The position numbers and the translations under genes are program-made. The notes under the pieces were generated by a model. It ran no database searches, was not told the DNA's origin, and saw only the letters and a program-made list of their open reading frames with translations. Below are positions 16,091 through 28,195 of a stretch of DNA of 64,000 nt, one piece after another. The stretch comes from the human T2T-CHM13v2.0 reference genome, Homo sapiens: NCBI RefSeq assembly GCF_009914755.1, contig NC_060927.1; one strand, 5' to 3'. Every line of letters begins with the position of its first letter. The stretch's first letter is position 1.

Positions 16091-17167
16091 TGAAAACCTT
16101 TTTGATTACACAAATCTCTGAGCAAATAATTATACTGCTAGATCATTTAAAATAGCTCCTCCATATTAATTCCTAAGTTTTCTGCTGTTATTCAAACTCA
16201 ACTCCTGGTTTTACAGGAAAAATAGAAAACATATTATTAGGACCATTTGAATCAAATGTTTTCATATGTTTAAAACTTAAAAAAAAAAATCTGGCCCTGG
16301 AAAAAAGTACTGAAAAGACTGCTAGTTCACTGTCAGGCTTCTGCATAAAGATACCGAGCCGGGCACCTTAGAGGCAAGGCTGTGCTCAGAGCTCACAATT
16401 CTGCCAGACAGCCCTCTAATCTCCCACATTATGGAGAAGAACACAGAGAACCCATGTCTTGATGTTCCCCAAGATCTGCTCAGCACTTTACAGTTTGAAC
16501 CACTGTTAAAATATACCTTTTTGCAGTTTTTGAAACAATGCTACATGGAAAATGTAGAGACTACCCACACTGAACTACGAGCTCTAAATCAGGTCATTTT
16601 TTTTAACCAGATACTCCTAACCAACTGGTCTACGAGCTAGCATTTAGAATAACTGACAATTTCCCAGAACTCAAAGAGAAATAAAAGTTCAAAAGATTGG
16701 CTAGAATGGTATCAGTAGGACTCAAAGTTATCGAATTAGATTTCAATTCAGGCAAACCATTTTTGTTAAAAGCTCACAAAAATGGTGAATGTTTGCATGA
16801 TGGCACTAATACAAGTATTAATTTTCAGACCATCCTGTTTTGGGCATTATTCAACATTTGCTGCCATTTGACAGATGTACATCCATAGCCCCGAAAGGCT
16901 TAGTGGGTCAGTTTTGGCATCATGGCTAACAACTTTCTTTCTCAAAAGTAGTGTAGAAAAGCTGAGGTGTGGTCATCTCTGAAATTTGATTGATCTCTGA
17001 GATGAGGTCTACTCTGGGAATATTACACCTCTAGAATTTATTTCCAGACACCCAGAACAGGTCTAGGGAAAGTAATATTCTAGGAAACAGTAACTATTAC
17101 ACTGGTTCAATGCTTATCACTAATGAACATTTATTATGCAGTAGCAGAGCTGTGACTGACCTTCACA

Positions 17168-17476
17168 CTTTTTTTTTTTTTAATTGGAGACAAGGTCTCA
17201 CTCTGTTGCCCAGGCTGGAGTACAGTGGTACAATCATGGCTCACTGCAGCCTCCAACTCCTGGGCTCAAACGATCCTCTGCCTCAGCCTTCTAAGTAGCT
17301 GGGAGAACTACAGGCGTGTACCATCATGCCTGGCTAATTTTTAAAAGTTCATTCTTTGTAGAGATGGGGTCTTGCTATGTTGCCCTGGCTGGGCTGAAAC
17401 TCCTGGGCTCAAGCAATCCTCCTGCCTAAGCCTCCCAATGTGTCGGGATTACAGACGTGAGCCACAGCACCCAGCC
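17168..17476 (-). mobile_element. Alu (AluJ-like)
   Basis: Reverse dimer. Confidence 0.93.
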
Positions 17477-18727
17477 GACCCTCATAACTTAACCACAGTA
17501 TGCTGATGTTTTCCTGACAATATAACTTTAATTAAAAAACATAATTTTTGAGGGCATAAAAAAGAACTTCTATAACCACCGGTCTGAACAGAACCATGTC
17601 ATCTTACAAGTTCCCCAAAATAGCAAATGTCTCTGTATTTCATCTTTAAAAGCTTGACACTGAGGACTTATTTTTCAGGGAATATGTAGCTATTTTTTGT
17701 ATTGTTAGCAGTTTTCATTTCTGAGGGATGGAATAAACATTAAAATATTCTTTGTTCTCTAATGTATTGTTTGAATTAAAAATACTATATACAATTGAAT
17801 ATAATCCTGAGCAGAACAACTAGTGATTATTAAACATTAATTATTTGTCACTTCAGATTAGAAATTTTTGAAGGTCTATTTTTTGTACATTATCTGTATA
17901 CACAAACTGCTAAATGTTATTAATATTTGTTATAATAAACATTTCTGGGAGGAAAAAAAAAGCTTGACACTCTAAGTTTCTTTTGCAATTCTCCCCATAC
18001 TAGAACACCATGCCAACATCCTAATAAGACTGGTATTAATGAAAGATCAACTTCATTTTCTTGGCAACAATAGGCTTACAGAAGAATCACCTAAGAAAAA
18101 AACAAACACTATCTGATAAGGAAAAGATGGATTTTGTCTTCCACCGCAGGCCTTGGGCTCTCAGATCTGGAACACTGTTATCTGATTGTATCTGCACGGT
18201 TTTCACCAGAGGGCACTGCATGGTAGAGGAAGCAGAACAGAGGAACAAGGACCAAGAGCAGCCCCTGCCCCATTGCCTAAACGCTCTTATAGCCACAGGA
18301 AAAAAAAAATTCAAAAAGGGACATACGGAGCCTTCCTAACTCTCCCTTTCCCACTGACACCAAAAATAACCAACCATAAACTTTTAGCACCTCTCAAAGA
18401 CTTCAAGAGAGGCATAAAGGGCAAAGCTTCGGACTAGCTAAAGGTTTTCAAATCAGTGCAATTCCTTTCTTTACTGTTTTATTAAACTATGCAAGCACAG
18501 TACTTATAAACAAAGGAATCATTTCAGTTTTTGCTTGGAAAAATGGGAGCCAATACATTCCTTCTGGGAATTCAGGGTAAAAGTTTTACAAAAACAGTGT
18601 CCAGATGTGCTTAAAAATTCACTCTGTTCTTTCTTTTGTGGAGAAGTGGAGGGAGAAACAAAGGGTAGGAGAGACATTTTATTAAAAATTGAAACACTTA
18701 TTGGTTTTTCTTGGCTCACCCACTAAC

Positions 18728-18781
18728 CTGCTCTCCACTGACAAACAACGCAGGAACACCTGAGGCAGAAGCGCGTGGCAT
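18728..18781 (-). CDS. IL17RD: IL17RD intronic alternative exon encoding signal-less N-terminus MPRASASGVPALFVSGEQ
   Basis: ggagggATG, 18 codons, phase-0 donor CAG|GTTAGT, GC boxes upstream at 18952-18968. I recall an IL17RD cDNA variant starting with this peptide. Confidence 0.65.
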
Positions 18782-18928
18782 CCCTCCCCCTCCAACCGCC
18801 CCGTCTGACCTCCCCCACTCCGGCCTCCTGGCAGGGAGATAGGGCCTGGCTGACCGCTGTGTTGGTGTCGCCAACCTGAGCCTCAGGAACTTCTCTAACT
18901 TCCAGAACGTCCTCATTGACAAATGGTT

Positions 18929-18941
18929 CCACCAGGTGGTG
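18929..18941 (+). promoter_or_regulatory. CTCF-like motif (contains E-box CAGGTG)
   Basis: CCACCAGGTGGTG. Confidence 0.5.
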
Positions 18942-19617
18942 ATGAAAAGTTGGGCGGGGCGGGGGGGAGGTTGGTGGGAGGGAAGAGGAGACTTTGAAGG
19001 CCAAAAATTCTCAACTGAGAATCAAGCATTTCTTTATGAAAACCACCACCCTGGGGATAAAGCTTCATTTAAAAAAAAAAACTTTAAACTGGAATGTTTT
19101 GTCAACATCGCATCCCAGTTTTAACCTGGAAGCTTTGCTGAGATTTGAAGCTTCCTCAACCCAATGATTTCATTCCCAGAGTCCTTTTTAACCACAGAGA
19201 GATTTAAATAATCTGTTATAAAGTTTCCCTTCATTTTCAGAGGGGTTGATGCTGGCTCTGAGTATTGAAGGTAAATGAGTGTTTCAAACGGAGCATAAAT
19301 AAAGTAGACAGAGAATCAGGCATATATTATGAATAAAAAGATAATCCTAATAATAGTTTACATTATCACAAACCAAAGTTTATGTGAGCAGCTAAGCCCC
19401 CTTTCAAAGTAGAGAGCAGCTGCTGGTACGGCAGAGGAAAACGGTATGTCAAAAATTTGACCTACCTTAAAGTGTGTTTAACTCCGCTGTCAGCCACTGC
19501 TTCCTTCTGCCACCTTACACCAGGATGGAGGCAGGGGCAGTATCCTTTTTGAAGTATTTTGTTTGCACAGGCACAAAACTGTCTCAGTGCTGGAGGGACC
19601 TATCTCCACTCTACCTT

Positions 19618-19659
19618 GACAATCTCAACAAAGGCTACGACAATCTCAACAAAGGCTAC
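19618..19659. repeat. Perfect 21-bp tandem duplication
   Basis: gacaatctcaacaaaggctac x2. Confidence 0.93.
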
Positions 19660-20579
19660 GTCATTCTCATCAGTGATGAGGTAAAAACAGGGACTCCCTC
19701 AGAGGAGCCAGTCCTGAAGGTGCCCTGCTACTGCCTCCCTAGAGTGCAAGGAACATCTCCAGGGTCTACAGCCTCAGTCCCTGAAGGCTGCCAGTACCCC
19801 TATCAGAAGTAGGCAGGAGGCTGGGGAGCTGTGCTTACACACAAATCTGCCAAGTCACAAATCCCCTAGGCTTCATATGCACCCAAAAACGCTGGCCCCA
19901 CATAAACCACTTTAATGCAAAGCCCTCAATGTGTGTGAGAGGAATATCTGTACTCAATAGGGTAATCCTGCCCTTCTTCATAGAGCTCCCAGGATGTGCA
20001 GAGTCCAGGGCCAGGCCCTAGGAAAATGAGTGCAATGTGCCTAGGGCAGTGATGTTCGGGTGGAAGAGACACACCCGGCTTTTCTGAGTGAAGGCGAGGG
20101 GGGCACCTTCTGGAAGTGGTCAGCTTCACGTTTCCAAATTAGAACACAGCGTTACAACTCAAGTCAATTATTTGGAATTAAATATTTCTGTACCTACAGG
20201 GGCAAGAGGCATATCAGAACTGTGGAAATAGTCCACACCATTGGTCTCATTTTTCAGTTTCCACAGATATTAGGCCCATTTCAAGATGTTCTCACCAGAA
20301 GCCAAGAGCTTTCTGCAAAGGTGGCTGAAGCTTCAATCAGCCCAGGGCAGAATGAGGGCAAAGAGCCCCTAGTAAACTGCTGCAGGTGGAGGCACTGGTT
20401 TCAACCACGGTCCCTTCCCAAAACAACTTGTCATCACTTCTGTCTAAGCTCAGTGTGCTTCCAGGGGGTGTGACCCCTGGAGATAAGGTATTTCATCAAG
20501 TCAGCCTTGTTGGTGCCCTCATACTCTAGGGCCTGTTATCACACACAGTTGCCCTTTTGGTCTCTGAATGAGTGACCTC

Positions 20580-20633
20580 TTCCCTAGCCGCTCACCATCT
20601 CTTCCTTTCCCTAGCCGTTCACCATCTCTTCCT
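20580..20633. repeat. 27-bp tandem duplication (1 mismatch)
   Basis: ttccctagccg(c/t)tcaccatctcttcct x2. Confidence 0.9.
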
Positions 20634-22285
20634 CCTCTGGCTTGTGTCACAGACCCTGTGGAGGAGTCCATCTTCCTGACAGCCTATCAGGCATTCTTGG
20701 TTCCTCTCCTGCCCACGACAGGATGCCAGTGCAAGCTATAACCTTATCTTCTTAAAGCTTATCTCTGTTTTTATCTTCTCTGTCTCCCTGGTCCCTTTAA
20801 GTCCACCCACCCATGTACTCTAAGTCCAGGATCTTCACTCTGGTGTATTAAGGGTAGTCCCAAACTCACCCTTGTGGAGGGGAAGGAATTGCTTTTACAG
20901 GGCTCTTCCAGAAATGTTCTTATCATATCCAGGGATCATCCCAGAGGACCTACTAAAACAATGCCACGTCAACCAGGGCAGGTGGACAATCACTCAGGAT
21001 AAGTGTTCTTGGACTGAGAGGGAAACCCACAGAACAGCAATGCCTGCATGAGAGGCAAGGACCTGTGGGTGGGGCGGGGCTCAGCCAGGGTCCTTCTCCC
21101 CACTCTCTTCAACCAGAGCTGCTGCACTCTTATCTGCTTCATGTTGGGGTTCCCAGGAAGGAGTCATTTTTAAAAACAGGTGAGGAAGGTGTAGGTGTGT
21201 GTGTATGTGTGTATCACTATTCTGACTTCCAGCTTTCCTGACAAGAAGACAGCTTGGTGTAAATGGGAGTAAAGAGGGTAAAAAATGAACGACTCAGTTC
21301 TGCAATTACCCATATGCAGATCAACTGTCAAACAAACTATTTCTGTATCTGTGACTGCCTTTCTTCTGCCCTCGCCAACACCTAGCACAGTACCCAAATC
21401 CTCTCCAACCCAGACAGTTGCTGACAGAAAGGCCTCTGGGACTGTCAACACCCCAGTGTGATTCAGAGCTCCCAGGGAGTCTGAGGCAGTCCCCTTGTTT
21501 ATGGATTCACTGATTGATTGGGCCCTAAAAGCTCCTGGCCCAGAAGACTAAATGGGTTGTAATCAATCATTAACAATAGTGTTGATGTTAAAAATTGGGA
21601 GATGCACCGGGTCTTTGGCCATGTGGATAAGCTGGGTGATCACACATGAAATTGTGAAGGATGAAGGCAGATGGAGACGTGGGCACCCTCCATGTACGCA
21701 AGCAACACAGGCACATCAAAAGTGACCAGCAGAGCCGACAGGCCACATTTTGCAAAAATAAAGCTGTGTCTCAATTTAAAAAATAAAAACTATATGTAGG
21801 ACAAATGCTTTTCTTGTATTAGAGAAAGATCTGCAACAATGGTCAGAGGTTGGGTGTTCTTTCCCAAGTGAGATGAAAAACAGACACCCAGGTGCAAGGG
21901 GCAAGTGTCTAGGTAGCAAAAGAGGTGGGCAACTCAATAAGGACACGGAGTGGGTAGGACAGGACAATTACACCCTCTGAATTAAAGGTTCAAATCACCT
22001 CAATAAAAATAATAGTTAAAATCTTGAGAATAATTCTAGTGTAACTGTCCCACTTTACAGGTAGTAAGGAAACTGACAGCCTTATGGGTCACCTGCCCTG
22101 TCCATAGTCACAAGCAGTCAGCCTGAGATGCTCTCATCACACATGTCACAGTGACCTCAATGAGACAGCCTAACCAGGGTGGCTTCTAGCCCAAGATCGG
22201 GATTTTTTTTAAACTCCAATAAAACAGAATTAATATATATTCTCTTTATGGGTAATGTGCGATCAATCCAAAGACTTTGGGGAAA

Positions 22286-22367
22286 GCGTGCGCGCACACA
22301 CACACTCACGCGCGCGCGCGCGCACACACACACACACTGATGCATGCACGTGCACACACACACATAC
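22286..22367. repeat. Compound (CA)n/(CG)7 alternating purine-pyrimidine microsatellite
   Basis: gcgtgcgcgcacacacacactca(cg)7cacacacacacaca... Confidence 0.93.
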
Positions 22368-22745
22368 AAAGGAACAAAGGTTTGCTGGCTAAATTGGCAG
22401 TACAAATAGAATTTCCATGATAATATTCAGATTCAATTATTTTCATAATATGCTGGTAAGTCAGGAAGACTCACTAATCAATAATTCTTAGACTTACTAA
22501 TCAATAATTATTTTAAATTCTTACTTTAAATTCTTATTTATTCACTTAAAACATCTTCCCTAACACTCTCTACTAAGCGACATTTCGCCCACACCTAGCT
22601 TTAATATTTCTAGACTTAAAGGCACTAAAACATACTCAGAAGGTAAATCACCAGGTGAAAGATTTAGTCCTTCTCTAAAAAATCCAAAATCAAACAAGTA
22701 TAAGCTACCACCAAAATAACAAAGGTAAAGAAAAATTATACTTGG

Positions 22746-23055
22746 GGCTGGGCGCGGTGGCTCATGCCTGTAATCCCAGCACGTTGGAAGGCCAAGGTGG
22801 GCAGATCACCTGTGGTTGGGAGTTCGAGACCAGCCTGATCAACATGGAGAAACCCCATCTCTACTAAAAATACAAAATTAGCTGAGCGTGATGGTGCATG
22901 CCTGTAATCCCAGCTACTCAGGAGGCTGAAGCAGGAGAATCGCTTGAACCCAGGAGGCAGAGGTTGCGGTGAGCCAAGATTACGCCACTGCACTCCAGCC
23001 TGGGCAACAGAGTGAGACTGCATCTCAAAAAAAAAAAAAAAAGAAAGAAAAAAAA
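22746..23055 (+). mobile_element. Alu (AluS-like)
   Basis: Full dimer, TSD aaaattata. Confidence 0.95.
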
Positions 23056-23097
23056 TTATATAAACGTCAATATTTCGTGTGTGTGTGAGAGGTATTC

Positions 23098-23409
23098 TTT
23101 TTTTTTTTTTTTTTTTTAGATGGAGTCTCTGTCGCCCAGACTGGAGTGCAATGGCACAATCTTGACTCACTGCAACCTATCTATGCCTCCTGGGTTCAAG
23201 CAATTATCCTGCCTCAGCTTCCCGAGCAGCTGGGATTACAGGTGCCCAACAACCATGCCCGGCTAATTTTTTTTTTTTTTTTTTTGTATTTTTAGTAGAG
23301 ACAGGGTTTCACCACATTGGCCAAGCTGGTCTCAAACTCCTGACCTCAGGTGATTCGTCCACCTTGGCCTCCCAAACTGATGGGATCATAGGCTTAACCC
23401 ACCTGGCTG
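23098..23409 (-). mobile_element. Alu
   Basis: Reverse dimer, TSD ataaa(c/t)gtcaatatt at 23060 and 23410. Confidence 0.93.
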
Positions 23410-23479
23410 ATAAATGTCAATATTATTAGGATGGAGAAGAATGAGTACATGTATACTGCTGATAAAAAGACTGCAGCCA

Positions 23480-23690
23480 GTCACTAAGCAGTTACCATGT
23501 GGCCAGGCACAGAGCTGGATGTTTTAAAAACAGTATCTTGCTTACATCTTAAAACAAACAACAACCCTGGGAGATGAACTATTAATAACACATTTTACAG
23601 ATGAAGAAATAGCCTCAGGGAAAAATTTGCCCAAGGTCTCAATAAATGGTAGCAAATGGTGGAGCTGGGATTCGTGAAACAAACCTATTC
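23480..23690 (-). mobile_element. MIR
   Basis: cattttacagatgaagaaa...ttgcccaaggtc...ggagctgggatt. Confidence 0.75.
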
Positions 23691-24312
23691 TTTTCTCAAA
23701 ACACAATTCCTCCCAGTAAACTGGTTCAGTCATTATACAGGACAAGCTGGTAAACATGTATGAAATGAGAGCCACAAATCCTTTGACCCAGTAATTCCAC
23801 TTTGGGGAATAAATGCCAAGGAAATAAACCAAAACGGCAAGGGAGATGGGCAGGTAACCCATCTGTATGAAGATGTTCATAGCAGCTTTGTAACAGTAAT
23901 AACTCGGAAACAGCCCAAATGCCTCATCAAATGTGGGGACAGGACTGGCAAAAAGGGGAGGGGAGCTTACTACATGAACATATCATATGGCCACTAAAAG
24001 TGACATGTCTGTGCACTACATCAATACATGGAAATATCTTTGGAAAACAAACATAAGTAAAAAATAACCATAAATAAATAAAACACAGTGATTATAGCAG
24101 CTATGCAACAAGATCTGTTTGTGTGTTCAAGGGTAGAAGAATCAGTATGTAATGGAGCTTAATACTCAGTAAGCTTCATTTTTCTTATAAGGTTGAAGTA
24201 ACCAATTTGTAAAGGCAACACAAGGAAACTCTCCTTAGAGATGTTATGATCCATCCAGGATGTTCTCTTCCTGATCGAAAGAAGTCAAGTTTTCATATAA
24301 AAAATAAAGAAT

Positions 24313-24633
<321 letters not shown>

Positions 24634-25225
24634 AAGACCCACTAATTTTAAACCTACCTCCCCATTTTTACGCTTTCAAGTCAGTCCTATTTTTAAATCA
24701 GATTAACAAAACCTCCAGTTATAAGACCATAGCTCACGAAATTTTTTGTTACCCATTTAGCAAATTTATTTAAGAACACATATGTTTACAAATTGGAACA
24801 TTCTTTCTGCCACCATTTGGTTTGTACTAATAAAAGTCCACACTCCCTGAATCTCATTCTTTTATAACACATTTGGAAAAGTAACACTAAGATAACATAA
24901 ATCAATGGGGGTCGAGGAGGTGGGTTTAGGAGCGTCTGAACACAAGCCAAGGTAAAGGTCATGTGCTCAAAGCATAAAGCAGGAAGTTTATGCCTAATTG
25001 CCTTTTTTATATGCTCTCCTTCCCCAAAAAGGAATACAATATGCCCACACAGATTCTTCATCACACTCTGTCTAGGGAGGCAGGTGGGCCCAGTGAAGCC
25101 CAGAACATCCCCACCTCTCTGCACTGAGCTCACCTGGCCCCTCTGATGGCTTCCTGTATATCCTATCACTGCAGAAGAATGGGAGCATAATTCAAGAGCA
25201 TCCCAACTAACCTCTGCACCTTTTA

Positions 25226-25587
<362 letters not shown>

Positions 25588-25819
25588 GCCGATTCCTTCA
25601 CTCGGCAGAATTGTCCTCTGCCTGGGCAGATCTCAGGTGAGTCTTCATCCCAAGGTTCCTTCTTCTCTGTACTTACCCATATTGGTAAGTCCTGTCCATG
25701 TTTCCATTTTACCCAATGTTTGGGATGACTTACTATTGTCCCTCGAGTATAAAGTACCACGGTGTGCATCCTGCACAGAGCCAAAGCTCCATGATATCAC
25801 CATGTCTACCTTTGAGGGT

Positions 25820-26020
25820 GAGCTGTCCAATAGGGTAGCCTCTAGCCATGTGTGATGATTTAAATTTAAATTAAGTTTAAGTAAAATTAAACATTCAGTT
25901 CCTTAGTTGTGCTAGCCACATTTCAGGTACTCAGTAGCCAAAAGTGGTTGATGGTTACTGAATTGAACGGTGCTGGGAAGAACATTTTTTGTCACAGGAA
26001 GTTCTGTTGGATAGCACTGG
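25820..26020. mobile_element. hAT-Charlie MITE (MER3/MER33-like)
   Basis: Inverted termini gctgtccaatag ... ctgttggatagc, internal tagccacatttca. Confidence 0.7.
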
Positions 26021-27888
26021 GCTAAAGAGTTCAGCACCTGCCCACGCCTGCCTCTGCAATAACAGGTGACACTCTCTCATAGCTGGGCAGCTCTTCCCAG
26101 CTGTCACCAGGCACCACAGGCCATCTCAACTGACACCTAGATAACTCAGTTTCACCTGGGCAGCATATTTATTTTTATTTACACAGTACAATTGACAGTT
26201 TTTGGTGTATGGGTCCACAAGTTATATGCATATATATGTATGTATCCACTGCTATAATCAGTATACAGAACAGTCCCATCAACCCAAAAAATTCCCTTGT
26301 ACTGCCCCTTGGTAGTCAAGCCCTCCCTCCATCCCTCCAAAACCCTGGCAATCACTAATCTGGCAGCTTTTTTAAAAACTCAGATTCCTGGCCTTCCCCT
26401 GGAAATCCCACTTAAGCAGGTCTGGGGTGAGGCCCGGAATCTCCCCCCACTCCAAGAATGCTCCTCAGGTGATTCTGGTGTTCAGCCAGGTTTGGGAATC
26501 TTTGGGGTAATTGCCTAATCTGAGTTTAATTTAATTATCTCCAAAGTGCTGTCTAGTCTCGCCTCTTTCCACCCCCCATTAGTTGCTTTGTTGCACATGG
26601 CAGCCGTCCATCTGAGACAGGGTGCTTGGAAGGCAGGGCAAGCCCGACTGCTGGGGGCATGGGCAGGGTAAGAACTCTGCAGCTCCGGTTTCTGGCAGAG
26701 AGAGGCCTCTCCGAGTCACAAGGATTCTCATCTTAATCCCTTCCTGGCTCTTTGTGCCATGGAATCCTCATCTGGAAAAAAGGGAACCACATCAGAAATA
26801 ATTGTCTACCTCCGAGGCTTGCTGGGAAGTGATGACTTAGGTAACATGTTCAAAGGCTGGGCAGTCAGGACGAAAGGTACACTGTCCCGGATATGTCATC
26901 GCCTCACCAGATTTCCTCTGGATGGAACTCTCCTCACCCTCTTTACCTGATGGATGTGAGAGATCGGGACTCAAATTACAATAAAATTGCAGACTTTTTG
27001 AAAATAAACAAAAACTCAAAATATTTTTTCCTCCTAAATTCATGATCCCAAGGGTGAGGTACCAAATTCCATTTTTAAAGAGGAATTCAGAAGAGTCAGC
27101 ATCTTCTCAGAAAACCTCCTCTGCTCAGAAAGTAAACAATTACGAAGGGGGCCAAAACTTGAGTTTAGCCATTCTCCTCTGGCTTGCTCCTGCTCTGCTG
27201 AGGATTCCTGGAAAACACTTTGAAAAGTTTAAGATGATCAAAGAAAAGGCATGGCCAACACAAGAAATGCTATCATTTAATATCACATGTTTATTTAGCC
27301 CCTCCAAGCCAAAGAGGGAAGATTGTTTGAAAGGGAGAGAATGCCTGCTTAATCAACTAAAAATGCATTCATTACTATGCTATTCACTGCGGCTTTCCTG
27401 AAATCAGACACTTTTGCCCCTAGACCATAAGATTGAAGCGATTTGAAATGAAAATATTTCCTGTCCACTGCTTGCCAGTTTCTAGCCCCAGAGTGATATA
27501 ACAGATGACATCCAGTACAATAAATGCTTTTATTAACCATAAATTTGAGACTGCTTTAGGGATTTGAAGTGTTGGGTTTCATGCTGAAAAAATGTAATGT
27601 TATCCACAGACCATCAGTGAGTAACAAAAACAGAGGCACAGGTTATGCTACTTTGATCAAATTATGGCAAAAAATTGTCTTTTGCATTTAAAATAGTAGT
27701 TGCATTCAGGGCATATCTTCAAGGAGCACCACAATAATTTAATCATATGTCTTGGAGAGTTTCATGGAAATTCATCCTGAGTGCAAATTTATAGAACCAG
27801 CAGCTTCTGTTAAACAGATAGGAAGCTCAAAAGTGTTATGAGGCTAAGAGGGCTGAGAAATCAAAATACTAAGATGGGACCCCTAAAT

Positions 27889-28195
27889 CAGGGTTTCTCA
27901 GTCTCAGCGCTATTTACATTTTAGGCCAGGTAATTTTTTGTCATGGAGGACTGACTTGTGCATTTCAAGATGTTTAGCAACATCCCTGAGCCCTTCCCAT
28001 TGACTGCCAGGAGCAGCCTACCCCAGCTGTGACAACCAAAAATGTCTCCAGAAATTCCCCAAATCAAGGTTAAGGCTGCAAGTAAGCTGTGATCACACCA
28101 CTGCACTCAAGCCTGGTTGATAGAGACCCTGTCTCAAAACAAACAAACAAACAAAAAAGAAATCCCCCAAATTCCCCCAATCAAAAACCACTGCT
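27889..28195. mobile_element. MER20 DNA transposon interrupted by a 5'-truncated Alu (about 28068-28160, +)
   Basis: cagggtttctcagtctcagcgctatttacattt...aaccaaaaatgtctccaga...aaccactg, Alu flanked by aaattcccc(c/a)aatcaa repeats. Confidence 0.8.
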
